This document shows positions 28,505-37,602 of a stretch of 42,655 nucleotides of DNA, piece after piece; position 1 is the stretch's first letter, and every line of letters starts with the position of its first letter. The notes below the pieces were generated by a model that saw nothing but the letters and a program-made list of their open reading frames with translations, was not told the origin of the DNA and ran no database searches. The DNA is from Candidatus Thorarchaeota archaeon (GTDB lineage: Archaea > Asgardarchaeota > Thorarchaeia > Thorarchaeales > Thorarchaeaceae): the NCBI GenBank assembly GCA_029855935.1, contig JAGSHN010000026.1, positions 1 to 42,655 on the forward strand, in the 5' to 3' direction. A program made the translations under genes and the position numbers.

Positions 28505-28549
28505 CCGTTTCCGACTGAGCGTGTCTCTGAGTTGTGATGGTGCGACGCT

Positions 28550-29185
28550 ATGACAACAGTCTCTCGAACTCTCCACTACGACGAACAGAGCCCATCGACA
28601 GTGTTCAGGATAGTCTGGTACGCGGCCGCACTGAGGCCTGGAGTCATACTGGTCGACCACAGCGAGGCTGAGAGCAAGACCCTCGACGCATCTGCGGAGT
28701 TCCAGCTGGACCTCGATGGCAAGCGGGTCAGCCTACAGGCGCACATCCGTGGCGATGATCGCTCTGTAGAATTGACAGTCTCCGGTGATGTCGACGGCTC
28801 AGCACTCGAGTCATATGTGGACGGCCTGACTCAGGAGATAGAGTCGCTGATCAAGAAGTTCGCTGCTATGGATGAGGCCACCCAACAACGTGTTGACCGC
28901 GCACTCTTAGCGAAGGCATGTTGGGACCGTGTGATTGCTGGCGTCCTCAAGAAGAGCCCTAGCAGCGACATATATTTCCAGCTCGCGCACGGCCGCGAGA
29001 TGATAATCAAGGCGACAGAGGGCGAGGATGTTCCTCCAATGGCGCTCACGACCAGTTCGTGGATCTCAAACATAGAGTCATTGCCACAGGACGAGCCGCT
29101 TCCCGCCTCCGTGGCGACCGATCTCGCAAAGAAGTGTGTCGAGTGGAAGAAGGAGACTCTGGAGATCTTGCGTCGGTATCTATGA
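28550..29185 (+). CDS. Hypothetical protein inside the Sec cluster
   Basis: 211-aa ORF with protein-like composition, between spcS and tRNA-Sec on the same strand. Confidence 0.8.
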   Translation: MTTVSRTLHYDEQSPSTVFRIVWYAAALRPGVILVDHSEAESKTLDASAEFQLDLDGKRVSLQAHIRGDDRSVELTVSGDVDGSALESYVDGLTQEIESLIKKFAAMDEATQQRVDRALLAKACWDRVIAGVLKKSPSSDIYFQLAHGREMIIKATEGEDVPPMALTTSSWISNIESLPQDEPLPASVATDLAKKCVEWKKETLEILRRYL

Positions 29186-29219
29186 TGTCTCTGGTGTGAC
29201 TGACATCCACATCACTGAT

Positions 29220-29310
29220 GGCCCCCAGCAGTGTCGGTGGTCCGGCGCCGCGGGCTTCAAACCCGTGATCGCGCAAGCGATGAGAGTTCGATTCTCTCTG
29301 GGGGCCGCCA
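29220..29310 (+). tRNA. selC: tRNA-Sec (anticodon TCA), 9/4 fold
   Basis: 9-bp acceptor GGCCCCCAG/CTGGGGGCC, 7-bp D stem with 4-nt loop, 6-bp anticodon stem with TCA at 29257-29259, variable arm ATCGC-GCAA-GCGAT, 4-bp T stem, G73-CCA. Confidence 0.96.
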
Positions 29311-29320
29311 CTCACGCCAT

Positions 29321-30115
29321 TCAAGACCTCAATATCCCATCCTCGTACAGCCTGCGCCGTAGAATATCGAGTGTTTCGGCCTCTGACAGCCCCTGTCGCA
29401 GTGCTGTCTTCAACACCTCTCTCCGCAGCTTGGACAGTCGTTGAGGGTCGCTCCTGGCTGGGTGGTCTCGAATGAAGGCAGCCACCAGACGCCTTGTGGC
29501 GACATCGAGCGAGGTGGCCCGCTCGTCTCTTGATGACGATGCCATCATTCTGCCCCTTCCTCTCTCCTCGGTTTCGATGAGTCTTCTGAGTCCACTGACC
29601 ACTAGTCTCGCAGCCTCGTCCACACCCATCACAGAGAGGTCCGCTGCAGCAATTGGCCGATCCCAGGCATAGCGGAGGCCCGGCGGGTCGAGTCTGTCAG
29701 CAATCCTCCGAAGCACCTCCTCCGGAACCTGGCGTCTTCTCTGTCTGTTCCAGCGTAGCGCGACCGCGAGTGGTGTCGTGACGTACACGACGCCAAACGC
29801 GACACTCATCCTCTCAGCAACGACCAATAGCTCGTGACGCATGCTGGCGTAGTAGTTCGTGTCATCGTGAATGACTGACTGTCCCTGATCCAGTGTCCTC
29901 TCGGCTCGTCTCAACGCCTTCTGCCGCACTGCATGTTCTCGCTCTGGTGTGAAGTTCCTGTAGTACTCGTCATCACGCAGAGCATCGGTGCTGATCAGAG
30001 TCGCGGGTCGAAGGTCGTCTGTCAGTTGAGCCAAGACAGCCTCTGCAAGGGTGGTCTTGCCCGATGCTGGAATGCCGCACAGCGCGAGGAGAAACTGTGG
30101 CATCAGAGGGTCCAC
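29321..30115 (-). CDS. pstK: O-phosphoseryl-tRNA(Sec) kinase
   Basis: GIPASGKTT, DDTNYYASMRHEL, RWNRQR, YAWDRP; adjacent to tRNA-Sec. Confidence 0.93.
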   Translation of the reverse strand: MDPLMPQFLLALCGIPASGKTTLAEAVLAQLTDDLRPATLISTDALRDDEYYRNFTPEREHAVRQKALRRAERTLDQGQSVIHDDTNYYASMRHELLVVAERMSVAFGVVYVTTPLAVALRWNRQRRRQVPEEVLRRIADRLDPPGLRYAWDRPIAAADLSVMGVDEAARLVVSGLRRLIETEERGRGRMMASSSRDERATSLDVATRRLVAAFIRDHPARSDPQRLSKLRREVLKTALRQGLSEAETLDILRRRLYEDGILRS

Positions 30116-30209
30116 CGAGTCTATTGTCCCCTGCTGTACAAAAGGAGTTTGTGGCCCGCCTCAAGAACGCGGTCCGCCCGGGGCGTTGCGCCACAAGACA
30201 TACAACGGT

Positions 30210-31154
30210 TCACGGACGGATTGTTATCTGTAGGCTGCTGGCGAGATCCTTGTACCTATTCCTGACCGTGACCTCTGTGACATTGGATGCCTCAGCAATC
30301 TCTCTCTGCGTCCGCCTGTCGTTGGTTATGATGCCAGCAATGTAGAGCGCCGCAGCCGCCAGTCCACCGGGGTCTTTTCCGGCTGTGATCCCCCTCTCAC
30401 GTGCCATGTCGATTATCTCCATGGCCTTCTGGACCGTACGACCATCGAGCCCGAGGTCGGACGATATTCTTGGCATCAGGTCATTGGCTGACGGGATGGG
30501 GACCTTCATCCTGACATTGCGCAGTATCAGCCTCACGCACTGTCCCAACTCCTTTCTGTTGACCCGCGCCTCAGTGACAATCTCATCCAGCTGTCTCGGT
30601 ATCCGGTGGATGCGACAGGAGAGATAGATTGCAGCCGCCACCATCCCCTCGATTGAACGCCCACGGACCAGTCTTCGGCTTAGTGCCTTCCTGTAGATCA
30701 GTGCGGCGGTCTCCTTCGCCTCGCTGGGAACACCGAGCTGCGAGGACAGTCGGTCAAGCTCGCTCATCGCGATTGACAGATTCCGGTGCTGTGAGCTGTG
30801 GACGAGTGTGCGAATCTGCCACTTCCTCATCCGATAGATTGCCGCCCGGGAGCTGCCGGATATCGCGCGACCGTTCGCGTCTCTGTCGCTCCAACCGAGA
30901 GTCGTTGCCAAGCCCTTATCGGCCATAGTGAGAGTAAGTGGCGAGCCCGTCCTCGCGCGCGCGTTTCTCTCCTCGGTTGTGAAGGCCCTCCACTCGGGTC
31001 CGGTGTCCATTATTCTCTCATCGAGGACACAGCCACACGATGTGCAGATGAACTCCCCCCGGGTGTGGTCCTCGTAGAACTCACTGCCGCCGCATATGGA
31101 ACACACCTGCAGCCCACGTTGTCTCTCTGTCGTAGGTCGCACTGGTCTTGCCAT
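30210..31154 (-). CDS. tfb: Transcription initiation factor IIB
   Basis: Zn ribbon CSIC..CTSC, DTGPEWRAF, two cyclin repeats (GRSIE, GKDPGG), VTEVTVRNRYK. Confidence 0.97.
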   Translation of the reverse strand: MARPVRPTTERQRGLQVCSICGGSEFYEDHTRGEFICTSCGCVLDERIMDTGPEWRAFTTEERNARARTGSPLTLTMADKGLATTLGWSDRDANGRAISGSSRAAIYRMRKWQIRTLVHSSQHRNLSIAMSELDRLSSQLGVPSEAKETAALIYRKALSRRLVRGRSIEGMVAAAIYLSCRIHRIPRQLDEIVTEARVNRKELGQCVRLILRNVRMKVPIPSANDLMPRISSDLGLDGRTVQKAMEIIDMARERGITAGKDPGGLAAAALYIAGIITNDRRTQREIAEASNVTEVTVRNRYKDLASSLQITIRP

Positions 31155-31431
31155 TGTGTCTTCACCATCCAGGTGGTCCCCGCGGGAGATGGCCGCGTGC
31201 ATAGGACCCGAATAGGTGGTCAAAAGCACGCTCCGAACGGGAAACGCTTGCGTAGCCCGAGCCCGCCGCCTAATAAATCTAAGGATTGACGAAGGAATGC
31301 ATCACTGTAGAATAGTCAGGAACTGGTCTATGCATGGTGGCACTGTTCTCGATGATGGGCAGCACGGTGGAAAAACAAGATGTCGGGCCCAGCCAACAAT
31401 CTGTTGAACAGTCTCTGGGGCGATAATGAAG

Positions 31432-31463
31432 CGGGCCCGGCGCCCGACTGAGCACCGGGCCCG
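31432..31463 (-). terminator. GC-rich 14-bp hairpin 3' of ORF 31501-32070
   Basis: Minus strand CGGGCCCGGTGCTC-AGTC-GGGCGCCGGGCCCG pairs fully with G-U allowed; followed by CTTCATTAT. Confidence 0.45.
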
Positions 31464-31500
31464 GGGGTGGTGGCGTTGTTGTGATGTGTAACGAGTCCGT

Positions 31501-32070
31501 CTACTCCAGACAGGACCAGCTCTGGATCGCTGACTCGGGGATCACATGTACATTGTCGTAGAAGACCTGACCAGAGTCAAGCACTGTCTTGTTAAGAGCC
31601 ACTCGGAAGACACCATCCTCCCTTGAGATGAGATATCCGGCAATGTACTTGACCGGGACCTTTGTCTGTCGGGCCTGCTCCTCAGACAGCGAGCAACACT
31701 CGACAACCGGGCTGACGAAGGAGACCTCCACGAGCTTATGGCTCTCACACTGGTCCGCACGCCTGAGCGTCCTGGACCTCTCAATGCGCTCGCGGCCGAT
31801 GATGTTCTCGATCTCATTATGGTCATAGTGATATGGCTCGCCCGGTATGAGATGTATTGACGGGGACACGTAGAGGACCCTTCCTTGGACCTCCTCCGTA
31901 GCACCCGCGCCACGATCCACCAGTCGCCTCTCTTGGCTCTCGCCCACTACGAAGCGCACGTGATAGTGCTTGGCATCTACAGACCTCTCTTCTCCGTTCT
32001 CATCTACAGCAACTGTTGCCTCATGCCACACCTCAATGGGGGTAAATGGATTCTCAGTGGAAACTGTCAT
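31501..32070 (-). CDS. Hypothetical protein (possible C-terminal Sm-like beta-barrel)
   Basis: 189-aa ORF with AT-rich promoter; LVEVSF...AGYLIS.....VAL...VIPESAI pattern. Confidence 0.7.
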   Translation of the reverse strand: MTVSTENPFTPIEVWHEATVAVDENGEERSVDAKHYHVRFVVGESQERRLVDRGAGATEEVQGRVLYVSPSIHLIPGEPYHYDHNEIENIIGRERIERSRTLRRADQCESHKLVEVSFVSPVVECCSLSEEQARQTKVPVKYIAGYLISREDGVFRVALNKTVLDSGQVFYDNVHVIPESAIQSWSCLE

Positions 32071-32086
32071 TCTCTGTCACTTCACA

Positions 32087-32103
32087 ATAGTTAAATTAAC
32101 TAT
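32087..32103. promoter_or_regulatory. Palindromic operator-like site ATAGTTAA-A-TTAACTAT
   Basis: Perfect 8-bp inverted repeat in a divergent intergenic region. Confidence 0.55.
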
Positions 32104-32175
32104 GGTTATTAGGTCTGTAGAGATATAAGTGTTGCGACCCATCCTGTCATCCGCAGCCTGAATCGCCATCATCGG

Positions 32176-32838
32176 GTGTCTGTCGTGTTCCAATACATTC
32201 TCATCATCAGCACTGTCGTTCTCTTCGGGGCCCTCCACTCGGGCCTCTCAAGTCACCGCGTGAAGTACCGTATCGTAGATAGATACGGCAATCAGACTTA
32301 CTCTCAGGTCTTCAAGTGGATCAGCATTGTCAGCTTCATCATCGCCTTCCTGTCGATTGGCTACTGGGACTGGCTCTACTTCGTCTACGATCCCGCAGTG
32401 ATACTCACTCCGAGATTCGTTCTTGCCACGGTGTTGCTCATTGTCGCTCTCGTCGTGGCCTGGCGCGCGTCAGTGGTCATATCGATAAACTCCGCCGCAG
32501 ACATGCGTAGCGAACGCCTCCCCGACCTCGCCACGGGTGGGATATACTCACGGATTCGGCACCCGCTCTATCTGGCGACCGTGATGATGTTTCTCACGCT
32601 GGCCCTGATATACCCGGATCTCCGAGTAGTGGTCTTCGCACTGGGAATGGCCGTATACACAGTGTTTGGCGCGTATCTTGAGGAGAGGAAGCTCATAACG
32701 TACTATGGAGATGAGTACCTCCGCTACAGGCAGACTGCGGGATTCCTTCTTCCACGCCTCAGACGACCCCGTGTCCTTGATTCTGCTACTGGCTCTGCAT
32801 CATCTGCTGAATCTTTGAGAGATGCCGGGACCTCTTGA
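32176..32838 (+). CDS. Isoprenylcysteine carboxylmethyltransferase / PEMT-family membrane protein
   Basis: FGALHS, LATGGIYSRIRHPLY, EERKL..YG.EY.RYR. Confidence 0.85.
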   Translation: MSVVFQYILIISTVVLFGALHSGLSSHRVKYRIVDRYGNQTYSQVFKWISIVSFIIAFLSIGYWDWLYFVYDPAVILTPRFVLATVLLIVALVVAWRASVVISINSAADMRSERLPDLATGGIYSRIRHPLYLATVMMFLTLALIYPDLRVVVFALGMAVYTVFGAYLEERKLITYYGDEYLRYRQTAGFLLPRLRRPRVLDSATGSASSAESLRDAGTS

Positions 32839-33226
32839 CCGCCTCGGGGCTCACCTCATACACCTTGCCTCTCTCGACAACGAAGTGTGCGGTCTCGATG
32901 TCGGTTGTGAAGTGTCTTCTGATGTCTTCAATGACATAGTGCAGCTGGACACAGTGGGGACTACCGTCGACCGTCAGAGCAGTGACTCTCTTTATTCCCG
33001 AATACCTCACTATCGACGCAATCTTGAAGCCCGCATGATTGACGTGAATCTCCTCAAGACAGATGTCGAGCACAGCTGGTCCTCCCTCTCTCTGGCGAAA
33101 CTCCTCAACAACCTCTGGGTATCGGGACATCATACAACTCCCAATTAGAAGCAGGTTTCCCGCCTCTCTGAGACGCCTGTCTCCCACATTTGTCCTCATC
33201 AGACACCCATCACAGTCGCAGCCCAT
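32786..33226 (-). CDS. Putative Fe-S / metal-binding protein
   Basis: CDCDGCLM, LLLIGSC, ICLEE.H, LTVDGSPHCVQLH. Confidence 0.7.
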   Translation of the reverse strand: MGCDCDGCLMRTNVGDRRLREAGNLLLIGSCMMSRYPEVVEEFRQREGGPAVLDICLEEIHVNHAGFKIASIVRYSGIKRVTALTVDGSPHCVQLHYVIEDIRRHFTTDIETAHFVVERGKVYEVSPEAVKRSRHLSKIQQMMQSQ

Positions 33227-33229
33227 GAG

Positions 33230-34165
33230 TCACCACTTCCTCCGCGGAGCACTCTCCTCATCTCTGTCGCGAATTGGCGTCCGTTCAGCGAGCGGTGCTG
33301 CCACACGTGCGACCACATCACCCTCGAACACATAGGTCATTCGGCTGAGTGCGACCACGGCGCCCTCCTGTGTCGTGACCACGGGACTCTTGTCCTGAAT
33401 GGCGCCCAACGGTTCATTCTGGGACACGACCTCTCCGAGATTGATCAACGGGACGAAGAAGCCCTCCTCTGAGACGTTGACCTTCTGAGCTCTGCCCATC
33501 AGCGTGTTCGAGACCTCCATAGGCTCACCGGACACCACGTTCACGACTCTGAGGAGATTCAGGACGGCCTCCTTTACTTCGACTGCGGCCTGCGGGTCCA
33601 CCTCTCCGCGTCCCCCGCGCATCACAATGGTGAGGGCTGCAATGCCCTCATGTGCAGCCTCGACGGAGAGCGCACCCCTTGTGCCCGGGGACTGGACGAC
33701 AAGAGGTAGTGCCACTTGGGTGGCAAGATTTCGGACGTGAATGTAGTCCCGATGTAGTGCCACCACGTGGCTGACGCAGGACAGGGTGTCTGTCTCTAGT
33801 TGAATGATGTATCGGGCGCTCATTGCCCTTCTCCATATCTCTCGGGCGGTCCTCTCGGTCACGGTGCCTCTCTCGTCACCCGGGAATGTCGAGTCGAGGT
33901 CACGGGAGTCGAGCGGCGAGACCGCGGCTCCCAGCCTGAATGCCAGAGGATTAGCCACTGGGAGAACGGTGACGGAGCCGTCGATTCTCTCCTGTGAACG
34001 TAGTTCTCTCATTATCAGGTAGCTGGCGTAGACATCTGTAGCTGACAGCCCACTCATACCGGCGACCAGCAGAACGTTCGGCTCGTCTCGTCCGTATGTG
34101 TAGAATCCGAGTGTGGTACCAGTCTTCAGGTCAATATCGACAGCGTCAACGCTCGGACTGACCAA
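33230..34165 (-). CDS. Succinylglutamate desuccinylase/aspartoacylase-like protein with degenerate active site
   Basis: GSVTVLPVANPLAF, SPLD..DL...FPGD..GT.TER.A, C-terminal barrel-sandwich hybrid; Zn ligands absent. Confidence 0.8.
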   Translation of the reverse strand: MVSPSVDAVDIDLKTGTTLGFYTYGRDEPNVLLVAGMSGLSATDVYASYLIMRELRSQERIDGSVTVLPVANPLAFRLGAAVSPLDSRDLDSTFPGDERGTVTERTAREIWRRAMSARYIIQLETDTLSCVSHVVALHRDYIHVRNLATQVALPLVVQSPGTRGALSVEAAHEGIAALTIVMRGGRGEVDPQAAVEVKEAVLNLLRVVNVVSGEPMEVSNTLMGRAQKVNVSEEGFFVPLINLGEVVSQNEPLGAIQDKSPVVTTQEGAVVALSRMTYVFEGDVVARVAAPLAERTPIRDRDEESAPRRKW

Positions 34166-34483
34166 TGTCTTGTTCTCCTACTGGCGCTGTTCTATCTCTC
34201 CACCGTGTCGAATATGAAGGAGTGTAACACAAAGGCACTCGTGCGAGAGAGCGTCCACACTCGTTCTACGTGGGACAGAGGTCGCTCACAGACCGATTCC
34301 CGACATGGTCAATGTTCGCTGGCCAAAGCTCTAATAAGGGACTTCTCACCCAACTCCGCACGAGAGTGAGCCAGGATGGATTGCGTTCTCAGATGAGCAT
34401 CACTGTTTCTGCGAGTCCTTTATAGAGGGCTCTCGCGTTGGCTCATTCGTGCTGTGGACACACAACAATCATAGTAGAGGCCA

Positions 34484-37405
34484 GTGAAGTTGAGTGACGA
34501 AGTGAGCGAGTTCACAAAGATCGAGCAGAAATGGCAGAAGAGATGGGAAAAGGACCACATATTCGAGGCCGACCCAGATCCCACTAGGCCCAAGTTCTTC
34601 ATCACAGTGCCCTATCCTTACACAAATGGGGCACTGCATATCGGTCACGGGCGGACGTACACGGTCGGCGACCTCATTGCGCGGTACAAGCGGATGCGAG
34701 GTTTCAATGTCCTGTTTCCGATGGCGTCTCATATGACAGGCACACCCATTCTGGGCATGGTGGAGCGTATCAAGGCTGGCGACAAGGAGGCCATCGAGCA
34801 GTACAAGCGTGACCTGCGGCTCTATCTGAAGACGGAGGAAGAGGTCGAGGCGCAGCTTGCGAAGTTCACTGATCCGTGGGTCACTGCGAAATTCTTTGCG
34901 GATGCCATATCCGCCGATTTCAAGGCGCTCGGATACAGCATCGACTGGCGCAGGAAGTTCACAACAGGCGACAAGATCTACAATCAGTTTGTCACTTGGC
35001 AGTATCACAAGTTCAAGAAGAAGGGCTACCTCAAGCAGGGCGACTACCCCCTTCTGTACTGTCCGCACTGCGGCAACCCGGTCGGTGAGGATGACCTGCT
35101 GGAGGGTACAAACGCGAAGATCAAGGAGTTCACAGCCATCAAGTTCAGCTTTGAGGATGGCTACATAGTGCCAGCGACGCTGCGGCCGGAGACAATCTTT
35201 GGTATCACGAACATGTGGATCAATCCCAGTGCCACCTATGTCTGGGCACGAGTCAATGGCGAAAAGTGGTTGATATCAGAGTCCGCAGCCGAGAAGCTGA
35301 AACTACAGGCCAAAGAGGTTGAAATTCTGGAGCGTTTTCCCGGCGCAAGGGTCGTGGGAAAGAAATTCAGGGCCATTCACGATGACCGTGAGCTGCCCAT
35401 TCTGCCTGCAGACTTTGTGGACCCGGACAATGCCACCGGAGTCGTCTACTCTGTTCCTGCTCACGCACCATATGACTACATCGCGCTGCGTGACCTCTGG
35501 GAGGATCCCTCTGGGCTGGAGCAGTACGGCATCTCGGCGGAGGATGTCCGCAGCATCGAGATGATCAGTATGATTGACATTGCTGGGTACAGCGAGTTTC
35601 CGGCGAAGGATGCTGTCGAGGCTCACGGGATAAAGAATCAGAGCGAGATTGAGGCGCTGGAGGAGGCGACTCAGGAGATCTACAAGGCCGAGTTCTACGA
35701 GGGTCGGATGAAGGACAACTGTGGTCAGTTCTCTGGACGCCTAGTCCGGGAGGTCAAGGACGATGTCGTCGCCTGGCTGAAGGCCAACAACAGGGCAGAC
35801 GTCTTCTACGAGCCGGACATACGTCCTGTCATCTGCAAGTGTGGAAGTGATGTGCACGTTGGAGTCTTTGCTGGCCAGTGGTTCCTCGACTACACAAGCC
35901 CGGGCTGGAAGGAGAAGGCTCGTGAGGCCCTAGACGGGATGTGCATAGTCCCCGAGATCTACCGGAACCTGTTCGAGGCGACCTTTGACTGGTTGACACA
36001 GCGACCCTGTGCTCGAAAGCGCGGTATTGGCACTCCACTGCCTTTCGACCCAGAGTGGATCATCGAGTCGCTCTCTGACTCCACAATCTATATGGCGTTC
36101 TACACAATCGCCCACAAGATCACCAGCAACAAGCTGAGGCCTGAACAGCTGACTCTGAGCTTCTTCGACTATGTGTTCCTCGGCAAGAGACCAGTCGAGA
36201 AGGTCGCCGAGGAAACGGGCATCGACGTCTCGCTGCTGAAGGATATGCGCGAGGAGTTCCTGTACTGGTATCCGAATGACCAGCGTCACACTGCACCCTC
36301 CCACATAACGAATCACCTCAGCTTTGCCATCTTTCATCATGTGGCCATCTTTCCAAAGAAACACTGGCTGAAGTGCATCAGCTTGAACGAACACGTCAAT
36401 ATGGAGGGGGCCAAGATGTCCAAGAGCAAGGGCAATGTCATCCCTCTCGTCGAGATTCCCAAGAAGTACGGTGCGGATGTCTATAGGACGTACGCGATAT
36501 CTGCAGCTGAGCCGTCGAGCCTGATGGACTGGAGAGAGCGCGATGTCCCAGCTGTGCGCAATCGGCTGAGGCGCTTCATCGAGATAATGGAGAAGTACTC
36601 ACGAGGGGAGCCGCACGCCTACTCGAAGAAAGAGAGGCCTACTATGGTGACCCGCTGGCTTCAGTCGCGTGTCAACTCCATCGTCCGTGACGCGACCAAG
36701 AGTCTGGACGAGTTCAAGCTACGCGACTACGCTCTGCTGGTGACAACGGAGATGATTCGTGTCATCAATCACTATCTGCGACGCAAGGAGGTACCTGAGG
36801 CGGAGCGAAAGGCTGCCATGGCCTATGTGTGCAACATCTGGGTGCGACTCGTCGCCCCAATGACGCCACACATTGCTGAAGAATTCTGGCACAAGATGGG
36901 TCGCGACGGGTACGTGTCACTGGCGTCGTGGCCAAAGTCCGACAAGAAGATGATCGACGGGCGTGTGGAACGGGCGTTCTCTGTCGTTGAGTCGACCGTG
37001 GCGGACATTCGCGAGATATTGAGTCTCCTCAAGGGGAAGAGTGCCAAGAGAGTCTACGTCTATGTAGCTCCTCAGTGGAAGTTCGATGTCTTGGAGAGTA
37101 TTCGACAGGCCAACCTGCCACTGGTGATGAAGGACATCATGAAACATGTGATGTCCAACCCTGAGTTCCGCAAGCGTGGCAAAGAGGTTCAGGCGCTTGT
37201 CACAAAGATATCAAAGGAGGGCAGCCTGTGGGATCACTCTGCAACTGCAAAGGACGAATTCGAGGCCATCTCGGGGTCGTCCGACTACATTCAGTCCGAG
37301 GTCGGTCTTGAGGTGAATGTCCAGTGGGCTGACAGGCCCGAGTATGATCCTGCTGGGCGCGCCAAGAACGCACTCCCCGGGAGAGTATCTCTCTATATCG
37401 AGTGA
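34484..37405 (+). CDS. leuS: Leucine--tRNA ligase (archaeal/eukaryotic type)
   Basis: PYPYTNGALHIGH, TLRPET and SVPAHAPYD editing domain, IESLSDSTIYMA, KMSKS. Confidence 0.98.
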   Translation: MKLSDEVSEFTKIEQKWQKRWEKDHIFEADPDPTRPKFFITVPYPYTNGALHIGHGRTYTVGDLIARYKRMRGFNVLFPMASHMTGTPILGMVERIKAGDKEAIEQYKRDLRLYLKTEEEVEAQLAKFTDPWVTAKFFADAISADFKALGYSIDWRRKFTTGDKIYNQFVTWQYHKFKKKGYLKQGDYPLLYCPHCGNPVGEDDLLEGTNAKIKEFTAIKFSFEDGYIVPATLRPETIFGITNMWINPSATYVWARVNGEKWLISESAAEKLKLQAKEVEILERFPGARVVGKKFRAIHDDRELPILPADFVDPDNATGVVYSVPAHAPYDYIALRDLWEDPSGLEQYGISAEDVRSIEMISMIDIAGYSEFPAKDAVEAHGIKNQSEIEALEEATQEIYKAEFYEGRMKDNCGQFSGRLVREVKDDVVAWLKANNRADVFYEPDIRPVICKCGSDVHVGVFAGQWFLDYTSPGWKEKAREALDGMCIVPEIYRNLFEATFDWLTQRPCARKRGIGTPLPFDPEWIIESLSDSTIYMAFYTIAHKITSNKLRPEQLTLSFFDYVFLGKRPVEKVAEETGIDVSLLKDMREEFLYWYPNDQRHTAPSHITNHLSFAIFHHVAIFPKKHWLKCISLNEHVNMEGAKMSKSKGNVIPLVEIPKKYGADVYRTYAISAAEPSSLMDWRERDVPAVRNRLRRFIEIMEKYSRGEPHAYSKKERPTMVTRWLQSRVNSIVRDATKSLDEFKLRDYALLVTTEMIRVINHYLRRKEVPEAERKAAMAYVCNIWVRLVAPMTPHIAEEFWHKMGRDGYVSLASWPKSDKKMIDGRVERAFSVVESTVADIREILSLLKGKSAKRVYVYVAPQWKFDVLESIRQANLPLVMKDIMKHVMSNPEFRKRGKEVQALVTKISKEGSLWDHSATAKDEFEAISGSSDYIQSEVGLEVNVQWADRPEYDPAGRAKNALPGRVSLYIE

Positions 37406-37602
37406 GTGTTCCTCGATATATCACACTGGCCTTGCGGGACCCCAGACTGGCACCAACCTCCATCCCCTCCACTCGTAAGATAAATAGGGTGCTTTCACGA
37501 TAGAGGCCCATCTTACAAGTCGTGCCCGAGCATGTCTGCCCCTGACTTCTCGTCAGCCATCGACGTGGTCCCCCAATCAACAGGTGTCTGAGGGTCTTCA
37601 CC

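Noticed and set aside
29182-29219. C/D box-like motifs (ATGATG...CTGA...CTGA)
   Set aside because: Too short, imperfect C box, no C' box and no identifiable target
31426-31467. ATGA followed by a hairpin as a possible SECIS
   Set aside because: No 3' GA to complete the kink-turn core, no upstream + strand UGA gene, and pairing is better on the minus strand
32176-32838. ICMT as the modifier of the Rab-like GTPase
   Set aside because: The GTPase has no CAAX/CC end and this family is widespread in prokaryotes
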